Source of the DNA: the human T2T-CHM13v2.0 reference genome, Homo sapiens
Direction: 5' to 3' (one strand)
DNA length: 64,000 nucleotides
Assembly (NCBI RefSeq): GCF_009914755.1
Contig: NC_060936.1
Below the pieces are notes generated by a model that was given only the letters and a program-made list of their open reading frames with translations, ran no database searches and was not told where the DNA came from. Every line of letters begins with the position of its first letter. The first letter of the stretch is position 1. This document shows, piece after piece, positions 1-13,585 of this stretch. The translations under genes and the position numbers were made by a program.

Positions 1-623
1 ACAGAGTGTTTCCAAACTGCTCCATCAAAAGAAAGGTTAAACTCCTTGAGTTGAACACACACATCACAAAGTAGTTTCTGTGAATGATTCTGTCTAGTTT
101 TTATACGAAGATGTTTCCTTTTCTACCTTTGGTCTCAAAGCGATTGAAATCTCCACATGGAAACTCCACAAAAAGAGTGTTTCAAATCTGCTCTTTCTGA
201 AGGAAGGTTCAACTCTGTGAGTTGAATACACACACCACAAATAAGTTACTGAGAATTCTTCTGTGTAACATTATATGAGGAAATCCCGTTTCCAACGACG
301 GCCTCAAAGAGGTCCAAATATCCACTTGCAGACTTTACAAAGACAGTGTCTCCAAACTCCTCCATCAAAAGAAAGGTTATACTCTGTGAATTGAACGCAC
401 ACATCACAAAGTAGTTTCTGAGAATGATTCTGTCTAGTTTTTATACGAAGATATTTCCTTTTCTACATTTGGCCTAAAAGCGCTTGAAATCTCCACCTGC
501 AAATATCACAAAAAGAGGGTTTCACATCTGCTCTGTCTAAAGGACAGTTCACCTCTGTGAGTTGAATAGAGGCAACACAAAGAACTTACTCAGTATTCTT
601 CTTTCTAGCGTTCTATGAAGAAA

Positions 624-640
624 TCCCGTTTCCAACGAAG
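624..640 (-). promoter_or_regulatory. Intact CENP-B box (CTTCGTTGGAAACGGGA on - strand); representative of about 188 box positions, one per dimer
   Basis: The + strand reads tcccgtttccaacgaag, the exact reverse complement of the canonical 17-bp CENP-B box, with all 9 core bases (nTTCGnnnnAnnCGGGn). Confidence 0.97.
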
Positions 641-1133
641 GCCTCAAAGAGGTCAAATATCTGCTTGCAGACTTTACAGACAGAGTGTTTCCAAACTACT
701 CTATGAAAAGAAAGCTTAAACTCCTTGAGTTGAACGCACACATCACAAAGTAGTTTCTGAGAATGATTCTGTCTAGTTTTTATACGAAGATGTTTCCTTT
801 TCTACATTTGGTCTCAAAGCTCTTGAAATCTCCAACTGGAAACTGCACAAATAGGCTGTTTCAAATCTGCTCTGTCTAAAGGAAGGTTCAACTCTGTGAG
901 TTGAATACACACACCACAAATAAGTTACTGAGAATTCTTCTGTCGAACATTACTTGAAGAAATCCCGTTTCCAACGAAGGCCTCAAAGAGGTCCAAATAT
1001 CCACTTGCAGACGTTACAAACAGAGTGTTTCCAAACTGCTCCATCAAAAGAAAGGTTAAACTCTGTGAGCTGAACACACACATCAAAAAGAAGTTTCTGT
1101 GAATGATTCTGTCTAGATTTTATAAGAAGATGT

Positions 1134-1150
1134 TTCCTTTTCTACCGTAG
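1134..1150 (+). promoter_or_regulatory. pJalpha-like site in the box-less monomer of dimer D (one per D dimer)
   Basis: ttccttttctaccgtag matches the pJalpha motif as I recall it (TTCCTTTTYCACCRTAG) at 16/17 positions. It lies about 170 bp from the CENP-B boxes, at the homologous position of the alternate monomer. Confidence 0.55.
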
Positions 1151-2716
1151 GCCTCAAAGCGCTTGAAATCTCCAGCTGCAAATTCCACAAAAAGGGTGTT
1201 TAACATCTGCTCTTCTAAAGGAAAGTTCAACTCTATGAGTTGAATACACACAGCACAAAGAAGTTACTGAGACTTCTCCTATCAAACATTATATGAAGAA
1301 ATCCCGTTTCCAACGAAGGCCTCAAAGAGGTCCAAATGTCTGCTTGCAGACTTTACAGACAGAGTGTTTCCAAACTGCTCCATCAAAAGAAAGGTTAAAC
1401 TCCTTGAGTTGAACACACACATCACAAAGTAGTTTCTGTGAATGATTCTGTCTAGTTTTTATACGAAGATGTTTCCTTTTCTACCTTTGGTCTCAAAGCG
1501 ATTGAAATCTCCACATGGAAACTCCACAAAAAGAGTGTTTCAAATCTGCTCTTTCTGAAGGAAGGTTCAACTCTGTGAGTTGAATACACACACCACAAAT
1601 AAGTTACTGAGAATTCTTCTGTGTAACATTATATGAGGAAATCCCGTTTCCAACGAAGGCCTCAAAGAGGTCCAAATATCCACTTGCAGACTTTACAAAG
1701 ACAGTGTCTCCAAACTCCTCCATCAAAAGAAAGGTTATACTCTGTGAATTGAACGCACACATCACAAAGTAGTTTCTGAGAATGATTCTGTCTAGTTTTT
1801 ATACGAAGATATTTCCTTTTCTACATTTGGCCTAAAAGCGCTTGAAATCTCCACCTGCAAATATCACAAAAAGAGGGTTTCACATCTGCTCTGTCTAAAG
1901 GACAGTTCACCTCTGTGAGTTGAATAGAGGCAACACAAAGAACTTACTCAGTATTCTTCTTTCTAGCATTCTATGAAGAAATCCCGTTTCCAACGAAGGC
2001 CTCAAAGAGGTCAAATATCTGCTTGCAGACTTTACAGACAGAGTGTTTCCAAACTACTCTATGAAAAGAAAGCTTAAACTCCTTGAGTTGAACGCACACA
2101 TCACAAAGTAGTTTCTGAGAATGATTCTGTCTAGTTTTTATACGAAGATGTTTCCTTTTCTACATTTGGTCTCAAAGCTCTTGAAATCTCCAACTGGAAA
2201 CTGCACAAATAGGCTGTTTCAAATCTGCTCTGTCTATAGGAAGGTTCAACTCTGTGAGTTGAATACACACACCACAAATAAGTTACTGAGAATTCTTCTG
2301 TCGAACATTACTTGAAGAAATCCCGTTTCCAACGAAGGCCTCAAAGAGGTCCAAATATCCACTTGCAGACGTTACAAACAGAGTGTTTCCAAACTGCTCC
2401 ATCAAAAGAAAGGTTAAACTCTGTGAGCTGAACACACACATCAAAAAGAAGTTTCTGTGAATGATTCTGTCTAGATTTTATAAGAAGATGTTTCCTTTTC
2501 TACCGTAGGCCTCAAAGCGCTTGAAATCTCCAGCTGCAAATTCCACAAAAAGGGTGTTTAACATCTGCTCTTCTAAAGGAAAGTTCAACTCTATGAGTTG
2601 AATACACACAGCACAAAGAAGTTACTGAGACTTCTCCTATCAAACATTATATGAAGAAATCCCGTTTCCAACGAAGGCCTCAAAGAGGTCCAAATATCTG
2701 CTTGCAGACTTTACAG

Positions 2717-4755
2717 ACAGAGTGTTTCCAAACTGCTCCATCAAAAGAAAGGTTAAACTCCTTGAGTTGAACACACACATCACAAAGTAGTTTCTGTGAA
2801 TGATTCTGTCTAGTTTTTATACGAAGATGTTTCCTTTTCTACCTTTGGTCTCAAAGCGATTGAAATCTCCACATGGAAACTCCACAAAAAGAGTGTTTCA
2901 AATCTGCTCTTTCTGAAGGAAGGTTCAACTCTGTGAGTTGAATACACACACCACAAATAAGTTACTGAGAATTCTTCTGTGTAACATTATATGAGGAAAT
3001 CCCGTTTCCAACGAAGGCCTCAAAGAGGTCCAAATATCCACTTGCAGACTTTACAAAGACAGTGTCTCCAAACTCCTCCATCAAAAGAAAGGTTATACTC
3101 TGTGAATTGAACGCATACATCACAAAGTAGTTTCTGAGAATGATTCTGTCTAGTTTTTATACGAAGATATTTCCTTTTCTACATTTGGCCTAAAAGCGCT
3201 TGAAATCTCCACCTGCAAATATCACAAAAAGAGGGTTTCACATCTGCTCTGTCTAAAGGACAGTTCACCTCTGTGAGTTGAATAGAGGCAACACAAAGAA
3301 CTTACTCAGTATTCTTCTTTCTAGCATTCTATGAAGAAATCCCGTTTCCAACGAAGGCCTCAAAGAGGTCCAAATATCTGCTTGCAGACTTTACAGACAG
3401 AGTTTTTCCAAACTGCTCCATCAAAAGAAAGGTTAAACTCCTTGAGTTGAACACACACATCACAAAGTAGTTTCTGTGAATGATTCTGTCTAGTTTTTAT
3501 ACGAAGATGTTTCCTTTTCTACCTTTGGTCTCAAAGCGATTGAAATCTCCACATGGAAACTCCACAAAAAGAGTGTTTCAAATCTGCTCTTTCTGAAGGA
3601 AGGTTCAACTCTGTGAGTTGAATACACACACCACAAATAAGTTACTGAGAATTCTTCTGTGTAACATTATATGAGGAAATCCCGTTTCCAACGAAGGCCT
3701 CAAAGAGGTCCAAATATCCACTTGCAGACTTTACAAAGACAGTGTCTCCAAACTCCTCCATCAAAAGAAAGGTTATACTCTGTGAATTGAACGCACACAT
3801 CACAAAGTAGTTTCTGAGAATGATTCTGTCTAGTTTTTATACGAAGATATTTCCTTTTCTACATTTGGCCTAAAAGCGCTTGAAATCTCCACCTGCAAAT
3901 ATCACAAAAAGAGGGTTTCACATCTGCTCTGTCTAAAGGACAGTTCACCTCTGTGAGTTGAATAGAGGCAACACAAAGAACTTACTCAGTATTCTTCTTT
4001 CTAGCATTCTATGAAGAAATCCCGTTTCCAACGAAGGCCCCAAAGAGGTCCAAATATCTGCTTGCAGACTTTACAGACAGAGTTTTTCCAAACTGCTCCA
4101 TCAAAAGAAAGGTTAAACTCCTTGAGTTGAACACACACATCACAAAGTAGTTTCTGTGAATGATTCTGTCTAGTTTTTATAAGAAGATGTTTCCTTTTCT
4201 ACCTTTGGTCTCAAAGCGATTGAAATCTCCACATGGAAACTCCTCAAAAAGAGTGTTTCAAATCTGCTCTTTCTGAAGGAAGGTTCAACTCTGTGAGTTG
4301 AATACACAAACCACAAATAAGTTACTGAGAATTCTTCTGTGTAACATTATATGAGGAAATCCCGTTTCCAACGAAGGCCTCAAAGAGGTCCAAATATCCA
4401 CTTGCGGACATTACAAACAGTGTGTTTCCCAACTGCTCCATCAAAAGAAAGGTTAAACTCTGTGAGCTGAACACACACATCAAAAAGAAGTTTCTGTGAA
4501 TGATTCTGTCTAGATTTTATAAGAAGATGTTTCCTTTTCTACCGTAGGCCTCAAAGCGCTTGAAATCTCCAGCTGCAAATTCCACAAAAAGGGTGTTTAA
4601 CATCTGCTCTTCTAAAGGAAAGTTCAACTCTATGAGTTGAATACACACAGCACAAAGAAGTTACTGAGACTTCTCCTATCAAACATTATATGAAGAAATC
4701 CCGTTTCCAACGAAGGCCTCAAAGAGGTCCAAATGTCTGCTTGCAGACTTTACAG
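2717..4755 (-). repeat. Structural-variant HOR block AB-AB-AD (12 monomers, no C dimer)
   Basis: Dimer starts: A 2717, B 3057, A 3397, B 3737, A 4077, D 4417. There is no HindIII-bearing C dimer. Confidence 0.93.
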
Positions 4756-6113
4756 ACAGAGTGTTTCCAAACTGCTCCATCAAAAGAAAGGTTAAACTCC
4801 TTGAGTTGAACACACACATCACAAAGTAGTTTCTGTGAATGATTCTGTCTAGTTTTTATACGAAGATGTTTCCTTTTCTACCTTTGGTCTCAAAGCGATT
4901 GAAATCTCCACATGGAAACTCCACAAAAAGAGTGTTTCAAATCTGCTCTTTCTGAAGGAAGGTTCAACTCTGTGAGTTGAATACACACACCACAAATAAG
5001 TTACTGAGAATTCTTCTGTGTAACATTATATGAGGAAATCCCGTTTCCAACGAAGGCCTCAAAGAGGTCCAAATATCCACTTGCAGACTTTACAAAGACA
5101 GTGTCTCCAAACTCCTCCATCAAAAGAAAGGTTATACTCTGTGAATTGAACGCACACATCACAAAGTAGTTTCTGAGAATGATTCTGTCTAGTTTTTATA
5201 CGAAGATATTTCCTTTTCTACATTTGGCCTAAAAGCGCTTGAAATCTCCACCTGCAAATATCACAAAAAGAGGGTTTCACATCTGCTCTGTCTAAAGGAC
5301 AGTTCACCTCTGTGAGTTGAATAGAGGCAACACAAAGAACTTACTCAGTATTCTTCTTTCTAGCGTTCTATGAAGAAATCCCGTTTCCAACGAAGGCCTC
5401 AAAGAGGTCAAATATCTGCTTGCAGACTTTACAGACAGAGTGTTTCCAAACTACTCTATGAAAAGAAAGCTTAAACTCCTTGAGTTGAACGCACACATCA
5501 CAAAGTAGTTTCTGAGAATGATTCTGTCTAGTTTTTATACGAAGATGTTTCCTTTTCTACATTTGGTCTCAAAGCTCTTGAAATCTCCAACTGGAAACTG
5601 CACAAATAGGCTGTTTCAAATCTGCTCTGTCTAAAGGAAGGTTCAACTCTGTGAGTTGAATACACACACCACAAATAAGTTACTGAGAATTCTTCTGTCG
5701 AACATTACTTGAAGAAATCCCGTTTCCAACGAAGGCCTCAAAGAGGTCCAAATATCCACTTGCAGACGTTACAAACAGAGTGTTTCCAAACTGCTCCATC
5801 AAAAGAAAGGTTAAACTCTGTGAGCTGAACACACACATCAAAAAGAAGTTTCTGTGAATGATTCTGTCTAGATTTTATAAGAAGATGTTTCCTTTTCTAC
5901 CGTAGGCCTCAAAGCGCTTGAAATCTCCAGCTGCAAATTCCACAAAAAGGGTGTTTAACATCTGCTCTTCTAAAGGAAAGTTCAACTCTATGAGTTGAAT
6001 ACACACAGCACAAAGGAGTTACTGAGACTTCTCCTATCAAACATTATATGAAGAAATCCCGTTTCCAACGAAGGCCTCAAAGAGGTCCAAATATCTGCTT
6101 GCAGACTTTACAG

Positions 6114-7472
6114 ACAGAGTGTTTCCAAACTGCTCCATCAAAAGAAAGGTTAAACTCCTTGAGTTGAACACACACATCACAAAGTAGTTTCTGTGAATGA
6201 TTCTGTCTAGTTTTTATACGAAGATGTTTCCTTTTCTACCTTTGGTCTCAAAGCGATTGAAATCTCCACATGGAAACTCCACAAAAAGAGTGTTTCAAAT
6301 CTGCTCTTTCTGAAGGAAGGTTCAACTCTGTGAGTTGAATACACACACCACAAATAAGTTACTGAGAATTCTTCTGTGTAACATTATATGAGGAAATCCC
6401 GTTTCCAACGAAGGCCTCAAAGAGGTCCAAATATCCACTTGCAGACTTTACAAAGACAGTGTCTCCAAACTCCTCCATCAAAAGAAAGGTTATACTCTGT
6501 GAATTGAATGCACACATCACAAAGTAGTTTCTGAGAATGATTCTGTCTAGTTTTTATACGAAGATATTTCCTTTTCTACATTTGGCCTAAAAGCGCTTGA
6601 AATCTCCACCTGCAAATATCACAAAAAGAGGGTTTCACATCTGCTCTGTCTAAAGGACAGTTCACCTCTGTGAGTTGAATAGAGGCAACACAAAGAACTT
6701 ACTCAGTATTCTTCTTTCTAGCATTCTATGAAGAAATCCCGTTTCCAACTAAGGCCCCAAAGAGGTCCAAATATCTGCTTGCAGACTTTACAGACAGAGT
6801 TTTTCCAAACTGCTCCATCAAAAGAAAGGTTAAACTCCTTGAGTTGAACACACACATCACAAAGTAGTTTCTGTGAATGATTCTGTCTAGTTTTTATAAG
6901 AAGATGTTTCCTTTTCTACCTTTGGTCTCAAAGCGATTGAAATCTCCACATGGAAACTCCTCAAAAAGAGTGTTTCAAATCTGCTCTTTCTGAAGGAAGG
7001 TTCAACTCTGTGAGTTGAATACACACACCACAAATAAGTTACTGAGAATTCTTCTGTGTAACATTATATGAGGAAATCCCGTTTCCAACGAAGGCCTCAA
7101 AGAGGTCCAAATATCCACTTGCGGACATTACAAACAGTGTGTTTCCCAACTGCTCCATCAAAAGAAAGGTTAAACTCTGTGAGCTGAACACACACATCAA
7201 AAAGAAGTTTCTGTGAATGATTCTGTCTAGATTTTATAAGAAGATGTTTCCTTTTCTACCGTAGGCCTCAAAGCGCTTGAAATCTCCAGCTGCAAATTCC
7301 ACAAAAAGGGTGTTTAACATCTGCTCTTCTAAAGGAAAGTTCAACTCTATGAGTTGAATACACACAGCACAAAGAAGTTACTGAGACTTCTCCTATCAAA
7401 CATTATATGAAGAAATCCCGTTTCCAACGAAGGCCTCAAAGAGGTCCAAATGTCTGCTTGCAGACTTTACAG
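6114..7472 (-). repeat. Structural-variant HOR AB-AD
   Basis: A 6114, B 6454, variant A 6794 (agtttttcc, tataag, ctcctcaaa), D 7134 (preceded by gcggacatt). Confidence 0.93.
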
Positions 7473-8830
7473 ACAGAGTGTTTCCAAACTGCTCCATCAA
7501 AAGAAAGGTTAAACTCCTTGAGTTGAACACACACATCACAAAGTAGTTTCTGTGAATGATTCTGTCTAGTTTTTATACGAAGATGTTTCCTTTTCTACCT
7601 TTGGTCTCAAAGCGATTGAAATCTCCACATGGAAACTCCACAAAAAGAGTGTTTCAAATCTGCTCTTTCTGAAGGAAGGTTCAACTCTGTGAGTTGAATA
7701 CACACACCACAAATAAGTTACTGAGAATTCTTCTGTGTAACATTATATGAGGAAATCCCGTTTCCAACGAAGGCCTCAAAGAGGTCCAAATATCCACTTG
7801 CAGACTTTACAAAGACAGTGTCTCCAAACTCCTCCATCAAAAGAAAGGTTATACTCTGTGAATTGAACGCACACATCACAAAGTAGTTTCTGAGAATGAT
7901 TCTGTCTAGTTTTTATACGAAGATATTTCCTTTTCTACATTTGGCCTAAAAGCGCTTGAAATCTCCACCTGCAAATATCACAAAAAGAGGGTTTCACATC
8001 TGCTCTGTCTAAAGGACAGTTCACCTCTGTGAGTTGAATAGAGGCAACACAAAGAACTTACTCAGTATTCTTCTTTCTAGCATTCTATGAAGAAATCCCG
8101 TTTCCAACGAAGGCCTCAAAGAGGTCAAATATCTGCTTGCAGACTTTACAGACAGAGTGTTTCCAAACTACTCTATGAAAAGAAAGCTTAAACTCCTTGA
8201 GTTGAACGCACACATCACAAAGTAGTTTCTGAGAATGATTCTGTCTAGTTTTTATACGAAGATGTTTCCTTTTCTACATTTGGTCTCAAAGCTCTTGAAA
8301 TCTCCAACTGGAAACTGCACAAATAGGCTGTTTCAAATCTGCTCTGTCTAAAGGAAGGTTCAACTCTGTGAGTTGAATACACACACCACAAATAAGTTAC
8401 TGAGAATTCTTCTGTCGAACATTACTTGAAGAAATCCCGTTTCCAACGAAGGCCTCAAAGAGGTCCAAATATCCACTTGCAGACGTTACAAACAGAGTGT
8501 TTCCAAACTGCTCCATCAAAAGAAAGGTTAAACTCTGTGAGCTGAACACACACATCAAAAAGAAGTTTCTGTGAATGATTCTGTCTAGATTTTATAAGAA
8601 GATGTTTCCTTTTCTACCGTAGGCCTCAAAGCGCTTGAAATCTCCAGCTGCAAATTCCACAAAAAGGGTGTTTAACATCTGCTCTTCTAAAGGAAAGTTC
8701 AACTCTATGAGTTGAATACACACAGCACAAAGAAGTTACTGAGACTTCTCCTATCAAACATTATATGAAGAAATCCCGTTTCCAACGAAGGCCTCAAAGA
8801 GGTCCAAATATCTGCTTGCAGACTTTACAG

Positions 8831-10869
8831 ACAGAGTGTTTCCAAACTGCTCCATCAAAAGAAAGGTTAAACTCCTTGAGTTGAACACACACATCACAAA
8901 GTAGTTTCTGTGAATGATTCTGTCTAGTTTTTATACGAAGATGTTTCCTTTTCTACCTTTGGTCTCAAAGCGATTGAAATCTCCACATGGAAACTCCACA
9001 AAAAGAGTGTTTCAAATCTGCTCTTTCTGAAGGAAGGTTCAACTCTGTGAGTTGAATACACACACCACAAATAAGTTACTGAGAATTCTTCTGTGTAACA
9101 TTATATGAGGAAATCCCGTTTCCAACGAAGGCCTCAAAGAGGTCCAAATATCCACTTGCAGACTTTACAAAGACAGTGTCTCCAAACTCCTCCATCAAAA
9201 GAAAGGTTATACTCTGTGAATTGAACGCATACATCACAAAGTAGTTTCTGAGAATGATTCTGTCTAGTTTTTATACGAAGATATTTCCTTTTCTACATTT
9301 GGCCTAAAAGCGCTTGAAATCTCCACCTGCAAATATCACAAAAAGAGGGTTTCACATCTGCTCTGTCTAAAGGACAGTTCACCTCTGTGAGTTGAATAGA
9401 GGCAACACAAAGAACTTACTCAGTATTCTTCTTTCTAGCATTCTATGAAGAAATCCCGTTTCCAACGAAGGCCTCAAAGAGGTCCAAATATCTGCTTGCA
9501 GACTTTACAGACAGAGTTTTTCCAAACTGCTCCATCAAAAGAAAGGTTAAACTCCTTGAGTTGAACACACACATCACAAAGTAGTTTCTGTGAATGATTC
9601 TGTCTAGTTTTTATACGAAGATGTTTCCTTTTCTACCTTTGGTCTCAAAGCGATTGAAATCTCCACATGGAAACTCCACAAAAAGAGTGTTTCAAATCTG
9701 CTCTTTCTGAAGGAAGGTTCAACTCTGTGAGTTGAATACACACACCACAAATAAGTTACTGAGAATTCTTCTGTGTAACATTATATGAGGAAATCCCGTT
9801 TCCAACGAAGGCCTCAAAGAGGTCCAAATATCCACTTGCAGACTTTACAAAGACAGTGTCTCCAAACTCCTCCATCAAAAGAAAGGTTATACTCTGTGAA
9901 TTGAACGCACACATCACAAAGTAGTTTCTGAGAATGATTCTGTCTAGTTTTTATACGAAGATATTTCCTTTTCTACATTTGGCCTAAAAGCGCTTGAAAT
10001 CTCCACCTGCAAATATCACAAAAAGAGGGTTTCACATCTGCTCTGTCTAAAGGACAGTTCACCTCTGTGAGTTGAATAGAGGCAACACAAAGAACTTACT
10101 CAGTATTCTTCTTTCTAGCATTCTATGAAGAAATCCCGTTTCCAACGAAGGCCCCAAAGAGGTCCAAATATCTGCTTGCAGACTTTACAGACAGAGTTTT
10201 TCCAAACTGCTCCATCAAAAGAAAGGTTAAACTCCTTGAGTTCAACACACACATCACAAAGTAGTTTCTGTGAATGATTCTGTCTAGTTTTTATAAGAAG
10301 ATGTTTCCTTTTCTACCTTTGGTCTCAAAGCGATTGAAATCTCCACATGGAAACTCCTCAAAAAGAGTGTTTCAAATCTGCTCTTTCTGAAGGAAGGTTC
10401 AACTCTGTGAGTTGAATACACAAACCACAAATAAGTTACTGAGAATTCTTCTGTGTAACATTATATGAGGAAATCCCGTTTCCAACGAAGGCCTCAAAGA
10501 GGTCCAAATATCCACTTGCGGACATTACAAACAGTGTGTTTCCCAACTGCTCCATCAAAAGAAAGGTTAAACTCTGTGAGCTGAACACACACATCAAAAA
10601 GAAGTTTCTGTGAATGATTCTGTCTAGATTTTATAAGAAGATGTTTCCTTTTCTACCGTAGGCCTCAAAGCGCTTGAAATCTCCAGCTGCAAATTCCACA
10701 AAAAGGGTGTTTAACATCTGCTCTTCTAAAGGAAAGTTCAACTCTATGAGTTGAATACACACAGCACAAAGAAGTTACTGAGACTTCTCCTATCAAACAT
10801 TATATGAAGAAATCCCGTTTCCAACGAAGGCCTCAAAGAGGTCCAAATGTCTGCTTGCAGACTTTACAG
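8831..10869 (-). repeat. Structural-variant HOR block AB-AB-AD
   Basis: A 8831, B 9171, A 9511, B 9851, A 10191, D 10531. Carries the same SNP markers as 2717-4755. Confidence 0.93.
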
Positions 10870-13585
10870 ACAGAGTGTTTCCAAACTGCTCCATCAAAAG
10901 AAAGGTTAAACTCCTTGAGTTGAACACACACATCACAAAGTAGTTTCTGTGAATGATTCTGTCTAGTTTTTATACGAAGATGTTTCCTTTTCTACCTTTG
11001 GTCTCAAAGCGATTGAAATCTCCACATGGAAACTCCACAAAAAGAGTGTTTCAAATCTGCTCTTTCTGAAGGAAGGTTCAACTCTGTGAGTTGAATACAC
11101 ACACCACAAATAAGTTACTGAGAATTCTTCTGTGTAACATTATATGAGGAAATCCCGTTTCCAACGAAGGCCTCAAAGAGGTCCAAATATCCACTTGCAG
11201 ACTTTACAAAGACAGTGTCTCCAAACTCCTCCATCAAAAGAAAGGTTATACTCTGTGAATTGAACGCACACATCACAAAGTAGTTTCTGAGAATGATTCT
11301 GTCTAGTTTTTATACGAAGATATTTCCTTTTCTACATTTGGCCTAAAAGCGCTTGAAATCTCCACCTGCAAATATCACAAAAAGAGGGTTTCACATCTGC
11401 TCTGTCTAAAGGACAGTTCACCTCTGTGAGTTGAATAGAGGCAACACAAAGAACTTACTCAGTATTCTTCTTTCTAGCGTTCTATGAAGAAATCCCGTTT
11501 CCAACGAAGGCCTCAAAGAGGTCAAATATCTGCTTGCAGACTTTACAGACAGAGTGTTTCCAAACTACTCTATGAAAAGAAAGCTTAAACTCCTTGAGTT
11601 GAACGCACACATCACAAAGTAGTTTCTGAGAATGATTCTGTCTAGTTTTTATACGAAGATGTTTCCTTTTCTACATTTGGTCTCAAAGCTCTTGAAATCT
11701 CCAACTGGAAACTGCACAAATAGGCTGTTTCAAATCTGCTCTGTCTAAAGGAAGGTTCAACTCTGTGAGTTGAATACACACACCACAAATAAGTTACTGA
11801 GAATTCTTCTGTCGAACATTACTTGAAGAAATCCCGTTTCCAACGAAGGCCTCAAAGAGGTCCAAATATCCACTTGCAGACGTTACAAACAGAGTGTTTC
11901 CAAACTGCTCCATCAAAAGAAAGGTTAAACTCTGTGAGCTGAACACACACATCAAAAAGAAGTTTCTGTGAATGATTCTGTCTAGATTTTATAAGAAGAT
12001 GTTTCCTTTTCTACCGTAGGCCTCAAAGCGCTTGAAATCTCCAGCTGCAAATTCCACAAAAAGGGTGTTTAACATCTGCTCTTCTAAAGGAAAGTTCAAC
12101 TCTATGAGTTGAATACACACAGCACAAAGAAGTTACTGAGACTTCTCCTATCAAACATTATATGAAGAAATCCCGTTTCCAACGAAGGCCTCAAAGAGGT
12201 CCAAATATCTGCTTGCAGACTTTACAGACAGAGTGTTTCCAAACTGCTCCATCAAAAGAAAGGTTAAACTCCTTGAGTTGAACACACACATCACAAAGTA
12301 GTTTCTGTGAATGATTCTGTCTAGTTTTTATACGAAGATGTTTCCTTTTCTACCTTTGGTCTCAAAGCGATTGAAATCTCCACATGGAAACTCCACAAAA
12401 AGAGTGTTTCAAATCTGCTCTTTCTGAAGGAAGGTTCAACTCTGTGAGTTGAATACACACACCACAAATAAGTTACTGAGAATTCTTCTGTGTAACATTA
12501 TATGAGGAAATCCCGTTTCCAACGAAGGCCTCAAAGAGGTCCAAATATCCACTTGCAGACTTTACAAAGACAGTGTCTCCAAACTCCTCCATCAAAAGAA
12601 AGGTTATACTCTGTGAATTGAACGCACACATCACAAAGTAGTTTCTGAGAATGATTCTGTCTAGTTTTTATACGAAGATATTTCCTTTTCTACATTTGGC
12701 CTAAAAGCGCTTGAAATCTCCACCTGCAAATATCACAAAAAGAGGGTTTCACATCTGCTCTGTCTAAAGGACAGTTCACCTCTGTGAGTTGAATAGAGGC
12801 AACACAAAGAACTTACTCAGTATTCTTCTTTCTAGCGTTCTATGAAGAAATCCCGTTTCCAACGAAGGCCTCAAAGAGGTCAAATATCTGCTTGCAGACT
12901 TTACAGACAGAGTGTTTCCAAACTACTCTATGAAAAGAAAGCTTAAACTCCTTGAGTTGAACGCACACATCACAAAGTAGTTTCTGAGAATGATTCTGTC
13001 TAGTTTTTATACGAAGATGTTTCCTTTTCTACATTTGGTCTCAAAGCGATTGAAATCTCCAACTGGAAACTGCACAAATAGGCTGTTTCAAATCTGCTCT
13101 GTCTAAAGGAAGGTTCAGCTCTGTGAGTTGAATACACACACCACAAATAAGTTACTGAGAATTATTCTGTCGAACATTACAGGAAGAAATCCCGTTTCCA
13201 ACGAAGGCCTCAAAGAGGTCCAAATATCCACTTGCAGACATTACAAACAGTGTGTTTCCCAACTGCTCCATCAAAAGACAGGTTAAACTCTGTGAGCTGA
13301 ACACACACATCAAAAAGAAGTTTCTGTGAATGATTCTGTCTAGATTTTATAAGAAGATGTTTCCTTTTCTACCGTAGGCCTCAAAGCGCTTGAAATCTCC
13401 AGCTGCAAATTCCACAAAAAGGGTGTTTAACATCTGCTCTTCTAAAGGAAAGTTCAACTCTATGAGTTGAATACACACAGCACAAAGGAGTTACTGAGAC
13501 TTCTCCTATCAAACATTATATGAAGAAATCCCGTTTCCAACGAAGGCCTCAAAGAGGTCCAAATATCTGCTTGCAGACTTTACAG

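Larger units (their letters stand above)
1..1358 (-). repeat. Canonical 8-mer HOR unit ABCD (A 1-340, B 341-679, C 680-1019, D 1020-1358); phase arbitrary
   Basis: The sequence from position 1 recurs at 1359 and 2717. Diagnostics: A ccacatggaaactcc / ctgtgtaacattatatgagg; B ttatactctgtgaatt / gaatagaggcaac; C ctactctatgaaaagaaagctt / tgtcgaacattac; D gagctgaac / ccgtaggcctc / ccagctgc / cttctcctatc. Confidence 0.97.

Noticed and set aside
2121-2315. 64-aa ORF on + strand
   Set aside because: Lies in satellite dimer C and is open only because of a single SNP (tctaaagg>tctatagg) removing a stop. No recognisable protein features.
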